DNA of 41,892 nucleotides. Source: an uncultured bacterium (GTDB lineage Bacteria > Desulfobacterota > Binatia > HRBIN30). Positions within the stretch are counted from its first letter, which is position 1. Each line of letters opens with the position of its first letter. The notes beneath the pieces are model-generated. The model was not told the origin of the DNA and made no database searches. It worked only from the letters and a program-made list of their open reading frames with translations. Location of the stretch: contig CALJUJ010000685.1 of the NCBI GenBank assembly GCA_937975525.1, forward strand, positions 1 to 41,892, in the 5' to 3' direction. The translations under genes were made by a program, and so were the position numbers. Positions 41,891 through 41,892 of this stretch are shown piece after piece.

Positions 41891-41892
41891 GA

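Overview
GC-rich (about 65%) window that reads as most of a tailed-phage genome or prophage, probably podovirus-like. All family names below come from motifs recognised by eye; no HMM or BLAST search was run.

Layout:
- 1 to 23.5 kb, + strand: packaging, virion and lysis module. It holds terS, terL, portal, an acidic scaffold, an SU10/DUF5309-type HK97-fold capsid, an adaptor-like protein, several fibre and structural proteins, an embedded holin/amidase/spanin-like cassette, four large internal or ejection-type proteins and a tandem-FN3 protein.
- 23.62 kb: a sigma70-like promoter (TTGCGT-N17-TAGAAT).
- 23.7 to 34.2 kb, + strand: replication and recombination module. It holds a small HTH protein, an SNF2 ATPase, a polyacidic protein, a DUF2800-type PD-(D/E)XK nuclease, a DUF2815-type SSB-like protein with a repeat tail, a T7 endonuclease I-like resolvase, a family A DNA polymerase and a PrimPol/SF3 primase-helicase. 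The operon ends, unusually, in an intact patatin-like phospholipase.
- 34.24 kb: a 14-bp-stem bidirectional terminator separates the convergent blocks.
- 34.3 to 41.9 kb, - strand: at least 22 small translationally coupled ORFs, continuing past the window edge. Almost none has a recognisable function. The exceptions are a minimal C5-methyltransferase-like protein, a DUF5662-like protein, several zinc-ribbon proteins and a 10% tryptophan protein.

Not seen: rRNA, a complete tRNA, CRISPR, integrase, transposase or phage RNA polymerase.

Sequence-level signals worth follow-up:
- The heptamer CTCGCGG is present in every sizeable + strand spacer.
- Two promoters share the same architecture and carry CTAG inverted repeats.
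- A duplicated roughly 30-nt translation-initiation element precedes two genes.
- A 285-bp structured non-coding gap contains a tRNA-like T-arm.
- There are 27 four-nucleotide start/stop overlaps.
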